Below, piece by piece: positions 13,114 to 26,721 of a DNA stretch of 64,000 nucleotides (positions within the stretch are counted from its first letter, which is position 1; every line of letters begins with the position of its first letter). The translations under genes were made by a program, and so were the position numbers. The DNA comes from Octopus vulgaris (lineage: Eukaryota): NCBI GenBank assembly GCA_951406725.2, contig OX597821.1, positions 117,428,001-117,492,000 of the forward strand, read 5' to 3'. The notes beneath the pieces were generated by a model, which was not told the origin of the DNA, made no database searches, and was given only the letters and a program-made list of their open reading frames with translations.

Positions 13114-14343
13114 CCATCATCATAACATCCACTTTTCCATGCTTGAATGGGTTGGATGAATTTTGTTGAGGCAGATTATGGCTGGATGCCTTTCCTGTTG
13201 CCAACCCTCAACTTTCCAAGCTAAGTAATATTTCCCTCACCCAGACATTTCTCACAGGAAACTGAAAACAAACAACCTTGCTTGTATGACATTGGCGTTT
13301 GTTTACACCCATCACGTGGTGTCAAGAGAAGTGGAGGAGAGAGAGCAGGCTTCTTTTCCTTTCTGTCTATCATATTGATTTACAAGGTTTTGGTCAGCTC
13401 AGGGCTATAATAAAAAAATATTTGGTTAGCAAGCAAGCCTTTTAATCACACAACCACAGGTTATTGTTATTTATGATTCCTGGTGGATTGGCTCTATGAA
13501 CAAAGGTCTTTATCAGGAATTGTGTACACTCCAAACTACATTATCTAATTAATGTGTCCTTTTTAAAACTTATGCAGTTTGAGAGAAGTTTGACTGCTAT
13601 TTTTAGCAGGTTAAGTGGCCATTTGGTGATAGTGACCTGTTTTGTTGGTATACATTGTACTGCTTACCTCTAAGTAAACAGTACAACTCACTACTGTGGA
13701 TGTCTGGTCATGGAGAAATATTACCTTACTTGGAAACAGGTGAGGGTTGGTGAAGTAGAAAATCCACCTCAACAAGTCCCAATTTGGCCCTTTTTAGAAA
13801 CATGATGCACATAGAATTGGAATTGTAGATGCTTTGGGGTTGGGGAGCCCACAGGAAAAGAATTCAATCTTAAAAAAAGAAAAGAACTGGCAATGTTAAC
13901 ATCGTGATAGGTAGAGATTAGAAATGTTTATCTATCATTAATTAAGGGTAGTTCTATCGTTATTTCCAGTTAAGTATTTATAATATTCGTTGCAAGTGGC
14001 AGCATCCCAAGTTTATGCTGAATATCTCACTAGAAATTTGGTAATAGAAAATTTCAAGTGACTTTCTTACTTTTCACACAAATATTTTATTACCAGCTGT
14101 ATCTTGCTAGTAATGATAAAGAACCGTAGATTTAAAATAGTTATTCAGCTCCCTGGTTATCAAGAGAACCTGTTGTGGGTGGAAATTTAAACTAATGGCT
14201 TGAATTACAAAACTTGCTTTTTAAATTGTAAGTGTAAGCGATAAGGTGCTTTACTGCTTAGCCGTTATATGAACGCTATTACGATTATAAGGATATGCTT
14301 TATATCTTGTTTTTACATCCAAGTTTAACTCTTTAGCATTTAA

Positions 14344-14563
14344 CCCTTTCGTTACCAACCCTGCTGAAACTGGCTCTGGCTCTGAGTACAAATGTCTTGT
14401 TTTCATAAGTTTTGAATTAAAATCTTCCACCAAACCTTAGTCACAATTTATGTTCCTAACACTAGCTTAATGATAACTAAATTATTTTACTAAATTCTTT
14501 GTTATATTTAAAGCAATTGAAAGAAACACAGAGCATCTCAAATTAAATACAGTAACGAGCGGG
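14344..14563 (+). mobile_element. piggyBac-type MITE nested in another TTAA MITE
   Basis: TTAA|CCCTTTCGTTAC...GTAACGAGCGGG|TTAA; same TIR as 28132-29531. Confidence 0.85.
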
Positions 14564-15379
14564 TTAAACTGGCCATATCTGACCCAAATGTTCTACTTGT
14601 TTTGTGTTTAAGGTAGCCAGATCAGGTTTCTCACACTTACTTTACAATGTCATTCTAAAAAAAAAAAAAAAAAAAAAAAAGTCATGCCATCAAAATGTCA
14701 AAGCTATGAGATAATGCATAATTAATTGAAACAAGGGAAATGAATACACATGAAGTCCGAATGCTAAAAGATTAAAAGATGTTAAGCATGTTTTCAACCA
14801 AGCATCCTTGTTTAATATCCACTTTTCCATTCCAACATGGATTATCATGTGGCAGATTTTCTTTGGTCAGATACCAACTTATTTCTAAGCATTAAATTGT
14901 ATTTTCCATTTGACGACACTTGTGGTAGAGTGTAGTTTGAAGAAAATTTGGCTGCTATTTCTAGCATGTTGAATGACTACTTAATTGTTCCTTCATTGGA
15001 CTGTGGTTGCTAAGTCTTCCAGAGGTTCTCAATGTGGCTGTTAGGTTTTAGGAGGTGGTGCAGTGACATAATTAACCTACTAAATTTTACCTATTGTAGT
15101 AATTATATCATACATGATAAAACTAGTAATGATTATTAAAATAAAATGAGATCTCATAAGGCATCTACAAAATTATCATCCATGTTCAGTTAGTTTAGTC
15201 ATGATACCTCATTCACCTGTTAGGTGGGCGCTGGGCAAAACTACTAAAAACTGGGGCACTAGTCATAAGAATTATTTAAAAGTGAGGTGCAACAAAAAAG
15301 GTTACGGACCACTGCTGTAAACAATAAAATCACGAGTTTAAAAGGCGTGACTTCAAATTTTTAATGTTTCTAGTGTGAA

Positions 15380-15760
15380 GGCGTAGGAGTAGCTGTGTGG
15401 TAAGTAGCTTGCTTACGAAACATGGTTCCAGGTTCAGTCCCACCATGTGGCACCTTGGTCAAGTGTCTTCTACTATAGCCTCGGGTTGACCAAAGCCTTG
15501 TGAGTGGATTTAGTAGATGGAAACTGAAAGAAGCCTGTTGTATATATGTATATATATGTATGTGTGTCTGTTTGTCCCCCCAACATCGCTTGACAACTGA
15601 TGCTGGTGTGTTTACGTCCCCGTAACTTAGCGGTTTGGCAAAAGATACTGGATAGAATAAGTACTAGGCTTACAAAAATTTGGCCTGGGGTTGATTTGCT
15701 CGACTAAATGTGGTGCTCCAGCATGGCCACAGTCAAATGACTGAAACAAGTAAAAGAGTA
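15380..15760 (+). mobile_element. tRNA-derived SINE, near full-length copy
   Basis: ggcgtaggagtagctgtgtggtaag head to gactgaaacaagtaaaagag tail. Confidence 0.85.
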
Positions 15761-15912
15761 GAGTAAAACAAAAATGTTGTCACTATGAGTTGTTATTTTG
15801 TACATTTTAATATTGTTTTGACTTGTGTTATTATGAATAATTAAGAGATAAGGTGTAAATTGATGAAATTATTTGGTTGATTAATTTTTTTGTTGTTGTT
15901 CTTTATTCTCAG

Positions 15913-16089
15913 ACCCTCTTTAACAATGTTAAAGAGAATGACAAGCAGAAGAAAGCAAGTGGGGATATTGGTACCACCAAGACCAATAAGAAATTATCAG
16001 TTGAGAGGATTTACCAGAAGAAAAGTCAGTTGGAGCACATCTTGTTGCGACCTGACACATATATTGGATCAGTCCAACTTCACACTCAG
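15913..16089 (+). CDS. TOP2: DNA topoisomerase II exon (TLFNN...LSVERIYQKKSQLEHILLRPDTYIGSVQLHTQ)
   Basis: ttctcag acceptor, gtaagt donor; hallmark type IIA N-terminal motif YQKKxQLEHILLRPDTYIGS. Confidence 0.96.
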
Positions 16090-16119
16090 GTAAGTCATTC
16101 AATAAAATGTTTGTTTAGA

Positions 16120-16310
16120 AGGCAGCGAGCTGGCAGAAACGTTAGCATGCCAGGCGAAATGCTTACTGGTATTTCATCTGTTTTTACATTCTGGGTTCAA
16201 ATTCTGACGATGTTGACTTTGCCTTTCACCCTTTCGGGGTTGATTAATTAAGTACTAGTTGTGTACTGGGGTCGATCTAATTTTGTCCCTTGTGCCTAGA
16301 GTAGAAAAGA
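16120..16310 (+). mobile_element. Second tRNA-derived SINE family (also ~17420, 18050, 35995, 36200, 36420, 40416)
   Basis: ggc(g/a)gcgagctggcagaa..gttagca..gagttcaaatt..gcctttcatcc..ggggtcgat; approximate ends. Confidence 0.8.
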
Positions 16311-16550
16311 ATAAAATGTTTGTTTAGTTCCAAAACTAAGGTGGGGGTGGAAAATCCTAATGCAGCTTTTGTGAAATATATCTCAGTTATGGCTTCTTGA
16401 AGAGGAAGCCAATTAACATTTCTTTGTTTGTGTTTGCGTGGATTACTGTGATGTATCTTGGTATTTTAATTATCTCTTTCATCATCAAGGAATTTACGTT
16501 TATTAAAATGTGTATCAGCTGGAGGTTAAGTTAATTAAAAGCAATTTACT

Positions 16551-16899
16551 AACGAGCACTCAGTGAGTGCAATCCTCCACCAAAGTAACACCATTGATTA
16601 ACCAGAGATGATTTTTAAAATGAGAAGATCTGAAATAACCTTGACTGCTCCCATGAGAATACTAAAAATGAACCCAACGGCTCTCAAAAATTAAGTAAAA
16701 GAAACAAGAAAAATAATCCAGAATCTTTTTCGGTACTGGATTGATCCCAAAATCTAATCAGTTTGTGCCAGTCACGAGGCCAAACATCCTTGAAAGTTTC
16801 ATCAAATTCCATCCAGGGGTTCTTGAGATATCTTATTCACGGACAAATAAACAGACATGACTAGAAACAATACCTCCGCCTTTGCTAAGGTGGAGGTAA
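16551..16899 (+). mobile_element. Helentron-associated (HINE/DINE-1-like) element; copies at 18261-18634 (-) and 26920-27286 (+)
   Basis: Three homologous ~360-bp copies; 5' aacaagagcac..aacctccgcc subterminal repeat and 3' stem-loop acctccgcc..ggtggaggt. Confidence 0.65.
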
Positions 16900-17756
16900 T
16901 AATAATAAATGTATGTGAAGTTGACTGGAATTGATACTGGATCACTTCCTCTAATGCCCCCTCTGCTGCTGTCTCTTTGTCACATTTGAGTCTTTCATCC
17001 TCTGACAGAAATGCTCTGCCCCTCTCGAAGTTCCTTGTCTTGCGAGTTACTTGGTTACCCTGCCAGTGCTGGTGCCATGTTAAAAGCATCCAGTCACACT
17101 GTTGGCATCTGGAAAGGCATCCAGCTGTAAAAATTTTGCCAAAACTAACTTCGCCTGTGCTAGTACCACATAAAAAGCACTGAGTCCATTCTGCAGAGTG
17201 GTAGATTTTCTACCTGGTCGGCTCCTGTTGACTGTCCTACCCATGTATGCATGGAAAGTGGACATTAAACGATGATGATGAGAATGAGTGTCTTGTCCAA
17301 GAGTTTGGCACTGTATATCAGAGTTTGGATTTGTAGCTGTAGCTTTTTATTCAAGAAACCCAGTCCTTTAAGCTTTTAGGCCTTATGTCTCTTACAAACC
17401 AGCATTGTTATTATTAAGATGGGGTGCCGGCAGAATTGTTAGTCCCCCTGACCAAGTGCTTAACGGCATTTCGTCTGTCTTCATGTTCAAAGTCCACCAT
17501 GATCAACTTTACCTTTCATCCTTTTGGAGTCAGTAAAATAAATACCAGTTGAATACTAGGGTTGATGTAATCAACTTAGCCCCTTCCCTCAAAATTTCAG
17601 GCCTTGTGCTTATAGCAGACAGGATTATTATTATTATTGATAACAATAATAATAGCGTTTGCCAAATCAGACTGGCCTGGTGCAGCTTTTCTGTTTGCCA
17701 GCCCCGGTCAAACTGTTCAACCCATGCCAGCATGGACAATGGATGTTCAATGAGGG

Positions 17757-18027
17757 TGAGCTGATTCGCGATATCCTCCTCCCACCTCCACTTCCCAGCT
17801 GGCCGCAGATGCAAGGGCGGACAGCTGGAGACCTGGGCAACGACTATAAAGGAGGACCTCTCCGAACTATCAGGTCCACAGGTGGTCGGTCTGCGCAGAT
17901 GGAACCGCGAATGGCTTGCTATCTCCAGTGACCTCGCATGGGCCACCATGGTTCGTGATGCCGTTGGGACCAGAGAAGAAGCCGGCTCAACCTGCCCTGG
18001 GTGGACACTGTTGCAAGTACAAGTACT
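17757..18027 (+). mobile_element. RTE-clade LINE 3' end
   Basis: Frameshifted GGQLETW.TTIKEDL and RRWNREWL..VRDAV..AGSTCPG, with caagta tail. Confidence 0.7.
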
Positions 18028-19071
18028 TGTGATGATGAATAAGATGGTGAACTGGAAAAAGTGTTAGCATGCCGGACAAAATGCTTAGCATTCCATTTGT
18101 TTTTATTTTCTGAATTCAAATTCCACTGAGGTTGACTTTGCTTTTCATCCATCCCTTTAGGGTCGATGAAATAAGTACCAGTTTAACACTGGGGTTGAGG
18201 TAGTTGACTAGCCCCTCCCCACAAATTTCAGGCCTTATGCCTATAATAGAAAGCATTTTTATTACCTCTGCCTTAGTGAAGGTGGAGGTATTGTTTTCAG
18301 TCGCATTTGTTTGTATGTTTGTCCATGGACAAGATATCTCAAGAACCACTGGATGGATTCTGATAAAATTTTCAGGGATGTTTGGCCTTGTGACTGGCAC
18401 AAACTGATTAGATTTTGGGATTGATCCGTTACCAGACAAAGATTTTAGTTTTTTTTACTGTTTTTTTTTTAAACTTAATTTCTGAGAGCGGTCGAATTCA
18501 TTTTTAGTATTCTCGTTTGTGAGAGCAGTCAAATTTATTTCAAATATTCACATTTTAAAAATCATCTCTGGCTAATCATTGAGAGGACGTTGGTGTTGCC
18601 TTGGCAGAGGTTTGTGCTCTCTGAGTGCTCTTGTTGTTATTTTCAAGAACTTTAATATAAGAAATCTAAACAATTCATCATCATTGATTTAATGTCCACT
18701 TTCTGATGTTTGCAATGGGCCAGATGGAATTCGTTGAGGCAGATCAGAAAGATCTAAGGACAAAGAACCAAATAGTGTAAGATGTTCTATTGATGTTAGA
18801 AGGACTTTGCCAGTTTGCTGTGGAAGACCTTAAAAAAAAAAGTTCTTGACTTCCATGTCAAAAATTAGAACTAACTTTGAGAGATTTCTGGTCTGTTAAT
18901 GCGACAAGGAGATGCTTCCCATGTAAGACAAATTTCTTGGGGTATCCACAGGACAACTGAATGTTGGTGTTGAAGAGGCATCAGTGTGTTTTAGTCACCC
19001 AGTCAATTTGGTGGTCCAGGTGCTAGGAGAACTTTGTGGGAGGATGCACAAATACTAAATTAATGGCTTAA

Positions 19072-19390
19072 GGTACATGGCTCAGTGGTAAGAGCATCAG
19101 TCTCACAATCATGAGGTAATGAATTTCATTCCTGGACTGGGCTGTATGCTATGTTCTTGAGCAGGCCACTTTATTTCATGTTGCTCCAGTTCACTCGACT
19201 GTAGAGATGGTGCCAGGCTGTATCAGCCTTTGCCATTGTCTTGGATAACATTGGTGGTGTGGAGAGGTGAAGGCTGGCTTGCATGGGCAATTGCTGGTCT
19301 TCTATAAGCAACCTTGCCTGGACTTGTGCCTTGGAGGTAACTTTCTAGATGCAATCTCATGGTCGTTCATGACCGAAGGGGGTCTTTACT
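19072..19390 (+). mobile_element. Third tRNA-derived SINE family (also ~48393-48720+, 52225-52465- with rearrangement, 59200-59515+)
   Basis: tggctcagtggt(a/t)agagc A box, gagtt(t/c)(g/a)attcc B box, shared ttgagcaagacact..gctccagttcactc core. Confidence 0.75.
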
Positions 19391-20321
19391 CTGGGACAGC
19401 AAAGTTATAAAAAACTGAAGGATAGAGACTTCTGATAAAGGGCACTTGAGCATAAAAATAACTTCTCTTTTCTCCCCGTGCAATACCATCATCATTACCA
19501 TTAATTAAAGTTCATATTTGATGCTGCCATGGGTTGGATGGTGTGACAGGGTCTTGAGCCCCAGGATTGCACTGTGTTCCACCGTCTACCTTGGAATGGT
19601 TTCTATGACTGGATGCTCTCCTTAATGTCAGCCACTTTACAGTGTGTATTGGGTGCTTTTTCCATGCATCAGCACCAATGAGATTGCCATGCAGCTTACA
19701 GGTGCGAACCCCCAAGGAAACAATTAATTACATTTATACAAATACAAACACACATCCACAACACAATTTGTTTATTTATCATCTGTTTTTCCTAGCTAGC
19801 AAGAATTAGATGTGGTGTTTGAGGTACGTTTTTTTTCCAAAACCGGATGGTCTGTTAGCCACTCTTGTCTCTGTTTTAATTCTGGAGGAATTCGATGGTG
19901 CAGAGTTGGTGGGCAATTTGACAGGAAATGACAAAGAATGTTTCTGGTTGCAGCCCAAGCACAAACATTGCAGTCACTATCTGCTGCGTATTTCTCTGCA
20001 AATTATAAATATTCACATGCACAAATTTTGATAATTTCTTGGAAAAAGAAAGTTAATTGATAAAAGAAGAAAGAAAAAAAGGTTGATTCTCTCCCTCAAA
20101 TACTTCAGTTACTAAGAAAGGAACCCATCATTATTGGTCTTTTATTATGAAAGGCTGGTAGGTGTGGGTATGGCTGTGTGGTTGAGGTGTTTGTTTCCAA
20201 CCAGATGGTTTTGGGTTCAGTCCCACACAACACGGAACCTTGGGTATATTTTCTATTACAATTCTGGGCCAACCAAAGCCATGTGAATAGATTTGGTAGA
20301 CAAACTGAAAGAAGTCCATTG

Positions 20322-20352
<31 letters not shown>

Positions 20353-21376
20353 ATGCTTATTTTGGCATCACAGCATCATCATCATTTAACATCTGTTGTC
20401 CATGCTGGCATGGGTTGGATGAATTTTGACCAGGGCTGGTAAGCTGAGGGGCTGCACCAGACTCCAGTCTGATTTGGCATGGTTTCTACCGCTGGATGCT
20501 TTTCTTAACAACAATAACCACTCTGAGAGTGTAATGGGTGCTAGTTGTGTGACACCAGTATACAAGCAATGTCACTTATTTCCAATATTCTGCATAAATT
20601 TTCTTGGAAACAGATGTGCTTGCCAATGGAAAGGACATCTGACCACAGAAAATCTGCCTCCATAAACTCTGTTCAATCCATATAAACAATGATAAATTGA
20701 AGGTTGTCAAACCATTACATTCTGGATTCAAAATCCCGTCGAAGATTGGAGTCTGGTGCAGTCATCTGGTTCGCCAGTCCTCAGTCAAATCGTCCAACCC
20801 ATGCTAGCATGGAAAGCAGGCGTTAAATGGTGATGATGATTTCTAATGAAAAGACTGGTTATATTAATTTTTCAGTATGATCAGATATTTTTAAGGGGCT
20901 CTCATAAAATACCTGTATTGTATTTAACGACATATAAAATAGAAATAATATATTTCTAAATCTCCGAGAGAGATTTATGCAGTAGCAGCATGATAAAGTG
21001 ATAGCATGTTGTCAACTTAATAACAGTAGCATTCTTACCTTTTATGGGACTGTCGCATTAAGTTGACAACATGCTATATAAAATATACGTTTTTTTTTTT
21101 TCTTTAAATGTCTCAAAAATTCACTTTGAGTTCTACATGTCAAGTCTGACCTTTATCACATATTTCTATACACTAAAAACTCTTTCCTTTATATACACTG
21201 CTGAAATTGCTGTGTCTAACATACCTGTGCACCTTTTATGCCATTGAGTATGGTAATTTCAATTATTTATGTGGGTATTGTTAGAATTATTTTGTTCATT
21301 ATATTTTGTCTATAGCAGATAATTTTGTAAGAATTTAATATTTATTTTATGCAATTCTGCTTCTCCTCCTCCTCAG

Positions 21377-21470
21377 CAAATGTGGGTGATTGATGAAGAC
21401 CTCTCAACAATGGTACAACGAGAAATTTCCTTTGTTCCTGGTCTCTATAAAATATTTGATGAAATTCTTG
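21377..21470 (+). CDS. TOP2: TOP2 exon (QMWVIDED...VPGLYKIFDEIL)
   Basis: cctcag/gtgagt; GHKL motif PGLYKIFDEIL; 94 nt. Confidence 0.96.
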
Positions 21471-21644
21471 GTGAGTATTTTGATTTGATCCCTATTTATT
21501 TATTCCTTGCTAATATAGTAATAATTGGAGGAAAGAAAAAGTATACTTTGTATATATGACTCTGTTTGTGTGTAATACAGATTGTTTGTAAAAATTTCCT
21601 ATCACATGAACTGGTTTATCTTGTGGTCCTTGGAGTGCCTTTAA

Positions 21645-21865
21645 CCCTTTAGTGTTTAAACCGGCCAAATCCGGCCCAATATATTCTACATGTTTTATAT
21701 TCAAACTGGCGATATCTAACCTCTCACTCCTAACCTACAATGCCATTCTAAAAATAAACAATCACATCATTGAAACCTCAAAGCTGTAAGATAATCCAGG
21801 ATTAATCCGAAACAATTTGAGTGAAAAAGTATTACATTTAACAGAGTAATCTGAACACTAAAGGG
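21645..21865 (+). mobile_element. TTAA-specific MITE (partial copies at ~1580, 8575, 14330/14570, 22660, 37130, 48050, 52117, 62090)
   Basis: TTAA|CCCTTTAGTGTT...AACACTAAAGGG|TTAA. Confidence 0.85.
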
Positions 21866-23411
21866 TTAAGAGAAACCACCCTGTCACAGGTCTTCGGGCA
21901 GATCTCTTGTTTGTGAATAATGTTTCTCTCAATGTGCTGTTTCCAACTGTACTTTTGCATTATACAGTGCCACTGTTTGTGGAAATGTTTACCTTTGAGA
22001 GAACTTAGTGGGTGACTGAAAATAGATGCCCCTTGCATATAACTGACAGAACCCAAAACCTGAGACCTCTGAGTGCTTTATCCCTTCATATCCACTATAG
22101 TAATATCATGCCCATGGCCCTTTTTAGTGCCTTTGAGACTTGTGGTAGGTAGAGAGGAAGTCATCCTGATGCTGAGGACCTGACTTACGTACTTGCAATA
22201 CAGTGAAATGCTCCCAAGGACCTGGTGGTTGTGTTAAACCAAGTGATGGATTATATCTAGCAGTCAAGGGCAGCTATGGATTCTTTGATAGACTTATGCA
22301 GTTTCCATCTATTAACTTTGCTCACAGAAAATTTGGTTCTCTTGAGGGTATAAGTAAAAGACAGTTGCCCAAGTTGCTGCTCACTGAAACTGAGCTACGG
22401 AGTTACAAAATGAATTTCATAACCATATATAGCTATGACTGGTCCCATGTTTTTGCCACCACGTACACACTGTTGCCATATGTGAAAACACAACTTGCTA
22501 ATTGTACAAGGATTCCATTAACTTCTGGCAATGAACCCTAGAATTGGCACTTCGTCTCATCAACCTATCCCATTTTTCTCTCAAAAATTTTCTAAAAACA
22601 TGCTGCATTTTGTCCCCTTCTTTCTCTCCCAACTCAACCAACTTCCATGTCAGCATTTAGATTATTCTGTCAAGTGTAATGCTTATTTATTCACATTGTT
22701 TTGAATTAATCATGCATTATCTCATTTCTGAGGTTTTCATGTGTTTATTTTTAGAATGATATCGTAGAGTAGGTGTGAGAGGCTGGATCTGGCCAACTTG
22801 AATATAAAACAAGTAGAATATTTGGGCCTGATATAGCCATGGAAATAATCACGTCTTTCGTCTCTTTCAGCCTCTTTTTTTTCCCCCCAGTGATCACAAG
22901 TTTGATTTCCATAGAGCCAGATCTACTGGAAACTTCCTCCTTTATGTCACCAGTGACCATTAGTCTTTGGGGATTTTGCCAAAAGCAATATTATTACACT
23001 TGATATCTGCAAAATTCTTCACTGCATCTAATATTAGAACCTGATTTGGTTGCCTGTGGTCTAGAGCTCTCATTTCTTGGATTGCCAACTTCCTGCCAGG
23101 CTACAATCATTGGAGTGCAGTCTTCTTGGTCCTTCCTCCTTCAGTATTTTTTCTTTTCTACATTGTGCTAAACCTCTTGATGACACTCTCTGTCATATGG
23201 CTGGTAACAACCTTTCGTTCCTTCTCAATCTTCTAGCTCATATCCCTTGTTCATATAATTTAAACTCCCCTTCTATAAAACCTACTCTCTTGCAACTGAG
23301 AACTTAAATATAGAACAATATATAGTCTGCTATTTTTTTCTGTTGCTTGTTTTAAATTATTTAGTTTGAATTATTAGTAATTATATCTTTCATTCCCATT
23401 TTCTTTTCTAG

Positions 23412-23475
23412 TAAATGCAGCAGATAACAAACAACGAGATTCCAAAATGAATACCATCAAGATTGATATTGATTC
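23412..23475 (+). CDS. TOP2: TOP2 exon (VNAADNKQRDSKMNTIKIDID)
   Basis: ttctag/gtaagt; N-box NAADN; phase continuous. Confidence 0.96.
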
Positions 23476-23785
23476 GTAAGTTTTACATGCAATCATTTCA
23501 AATTCTTTTTCTTTCTCCTCTTGCTCAAAGTTAAATTTAAACAACTGCCTAATGTCACAGTTGTATAAGCATGGCTCTGTGGCTAAATAGGTCTCTTTGC
23601 GACTACGCGGTCTTGGGTCCAGTCCCAGTGTGTGGAACCTTGAGTAAGTGTTTTCTACTATAGCTCTGGGCTACAACCAATCCCTTGTAAATGAATTTGG
23701 TAGATGGAAACTGTGTGGAAGCCTGTCGTGTATGTGTGTAAATATATATGGTGTGTGACCCTTCTGTCCAAGTCAGACGCCATGA

Positions 23786-23959
23786 TAGATCGTTAGCCAC
23801 TACACACATTTTTTCTCTCCTTGTTTTTCTGTGTCCCTTTCTGTAGAAGAGCGTAGGCTCAAAACGTAAAAGACTTTTTCTATTCCTGAGCGTAATACTA
23901 ATACATCTGTTTGTTTTGTACACCACCTGTCTTTGTCTTTTGTGTTTTTCGTAACCTCT

Positions 23960-24002
<43 letters not shown>

Positions 24003-24198
24003 TATATATAACGGGAAGCTTTATGAAAATAAACAAAAGACGAAGGCAGGTGGAATACAAACAAACAAATGTATTAGTATGGCGCTCAGGAATATAAATA
24101 AAACAAGTCTTTTACGTTTCGAGCCTACGCTCTTCAACAGAAAGATACACAGAAAGAAACAAGGAGAGAAAAAAAATGCATGCAGAGGCTAGCGAATC

Positions 24199-24200
<2 letters not shown>
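23786..24200. mobile_element. Tail-to-tail inverted pair of a ~180-bp element around a (TA)n, each with a hammerhead-like motif
   Basis: Left arm ~23786-23962 is the reverse complement of right arm ~24012-24200. Confidence 0.8.
24108..24145 (-). ncRNA. Minimal type-I hammerhead-like motif, U6 variant
   Basis: UCUUU-CUGUUGA-A-GAGC(GUAG)GCUC-GAAAC-GUA-AAAGA: perfect stems I and II, palindromic ACGU stem III. Confidence 0.65.
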
Positions 24201-24238
<38 letters not shown>

Positions 24239-24705
24239 ATAATATATGAAGCATGACTTATTTATGATCAGAGGCATTAAACGAGGTAATACTGTAATAA
24301 ATGAATATGAGAAAGTCAAGAAATAAAGTACGATTTATTCGTGATCAGAGTTTTTCAAAAACCGAGGTCCTACTCTGTGTGTGTGTATCATCATCATCGT
24401 TTAACGTCCGTTTTCCATGCTGAAATGGGTTGGACAGTTTGACTGGGGTCTGGCAAGTGAGGAGGTCGCACCAGGCCCCAATCTGATCTGGCAGTGTTTC
24501 TACAGCTGGAGGCCCTTCCTAATGCCAGCCACTCCGAGAGTGTAAGTAGGTGCTTTTTACATGCCGCTGGCACAGGAGCCATTTAAGGTGAGGAGGCTGG
24601 CATCGACCATGTTTGGATGGTGCTTTTTACGTGCCATCGGGGCGAGAGGGCTGGTGCATCAACCACGTTCGGATGGTGTTTCTTATGTGTCACCAGCACA
24701 GGTGC

Positions 24706-24759
<54 letters not shown>

Positions 24760-26575
24760 TAAGAAGGGCATCCAGTCATAGAAACCAAGCCAAAACTGGA
24801 GTCTGGTGCAGCTCTGTGGCTTACCAGTTCCAGCCAGTACCATCATGGAAAGTGGACTCTAAATGATAAATTAAATGAAAATGTAGGTGTGTGTGTGTGT
24901 GTGTTTGTGATTATCCTCCACCACTGCTTGACAGTTGGTGTTGGTTTGTTTATGTCCTCCATAGCTTAATGGATTGGCAATAAAGACCAACAAAATAAGT
25001 AGCAAGGCGGATTTATTTAATTAAATCTTTGATAGCAGTGCCCCAGGATGGTTGTAGTCAAATGACTGAAGCAAATAAAAACAAAAGGCTTTGCATGTTT
25101 GAGAATTAACAGGCAATTTATTTTTCCATCTATTGTGTTGTATTTTGATATTTAATTGTTGTTTTCTTTGGAAAAAAAAGCATAACTTTTATAAAGAGGG
25201 ATGAGGTGTTGTCAGGAAAACCCTCTCTGAGCACAACGGTGGTGAAAGGAATCTGCCTGTTTTGGATACTTACAACTGCTTTGTCTAATGATTCCTTTTT
25301 TCTTTTTTAAAGACAGCGAGTGGTTTAAGAAAAATTTAGCTGTTATTTCTAACATTTTAAACATATAGGGATAGAATGAAATAATTAGATGCAGTTGTCT
25401 TGGATGCTGGTGAGTTGGTTTGGTTCATTGGACATCCAACCTATTCTGATGACAATACTTTTTGGCGCTGGATTCAAAAATACACTCATTTGCACAAAGA
25501 GAAATATACACACACTAATAACGAGAGTGAGAGAGACAGACATGGCAATTTATTACTTGAACGTCGTCATCATCGTTTAGCATCCATTTTCTGTGCTGGT
25601 ATCGGTGGTATGGGTTGGATGGCTTGACAGGAACTGGTAAGCTGGAAAGCTGTAGTAGGCTCCAGCCTGGTTTGGCTTGGTTTCTATGGCTGGATAGCCT
25701 TCATGACGCCAACCACTCCAAGAGTGTAGTGGGTGCCTTTTGAGTGTCACCAGCACCAGCCACGACTACAATTGCATTTGGCATGATGTGTCTTCTCAAG
25801 CTCAGCAAATTGCCAAAGGTTTTGATTCCTTGTCATCACCTCTGTGAGACTCAACATTCAAAGATCATGCTTCATGAACATTGAGATCCGTGCTAGCGGG
25901 GTGCAAAGAGCACCATACAAGGGTGATCGTTGACAGAGTGGCTAACGGGCATCCGTGCCAGTGGCACATAATAGGGCACCATTTGAGTGTGATCGTTACC
26001 AGCGTCGCCTTACTGGCACTTGTGCCCGTGCTAGTTGGTTGACAGACCAGCCAACTGGCTTCGTGCCGATGGCATGTAAAAGGGCACCATTTGAGCGTGT
26101 TCGTTACCAGCGTCGCCTTAGTGGCACCTGTGCTGGTGGCATGTGTAAAAAGATTCGAGCGAAGTCATTGCCAGTATTGCCTGACTGGCTCTGTGCCAGT
26201 GGCACGTAGAAATCACCCACAACACTCTCGGAATGGTTGGCATTAGGAAGGGCATCCAGCTGTAGAAACTCTGCCAGATGAGATTGGAGCCTGGTGCGGC
26301 CGTCTGGTTCGCCAGCCCTCAGTCAAAATTGTGCAACCCATGCTAGCATGGAAAGCGAACATTAAACGATGATGATGAAGTCAGTGTTGAATGATGACAA
26401 ATAGGTGGGGACGGAACAGCTGTGCCAAAATGTCACCTATCTCATAGTGACTCCTTGCTGGTTCAAGCTAGGATGGTTTGAAGTGATGTGTAAGATTAAG
26501 TAATTAATGCTGTGTATGATTCTCTTGTATATTACTTTCTGCAGTAGATTTCAGGTCTTGATTTTGATATTTCAG

Positions 26576-26721
26576 TGAAAACAATCGGATTAAAATCTGG
26601 AACAATGGTAAAGGAATTCCTGTTGTTGAACACAAGACTGAGAAAATGTACGTACCAACCATGATATTTGGACATCTCTTGACATCCAGCAACTACGATG
26701 ATTCAGAGAAGAAAGTCACAG
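26576..26721 (+). CDS. TOP2: TOP2 exon (ENNRIKIWNNGKGIPVVEH...LLTSSNYDDSEKKVT)
   Basis: tttcag/gtttgt; NNGKGIP G1 box. Confidence 0.96.
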
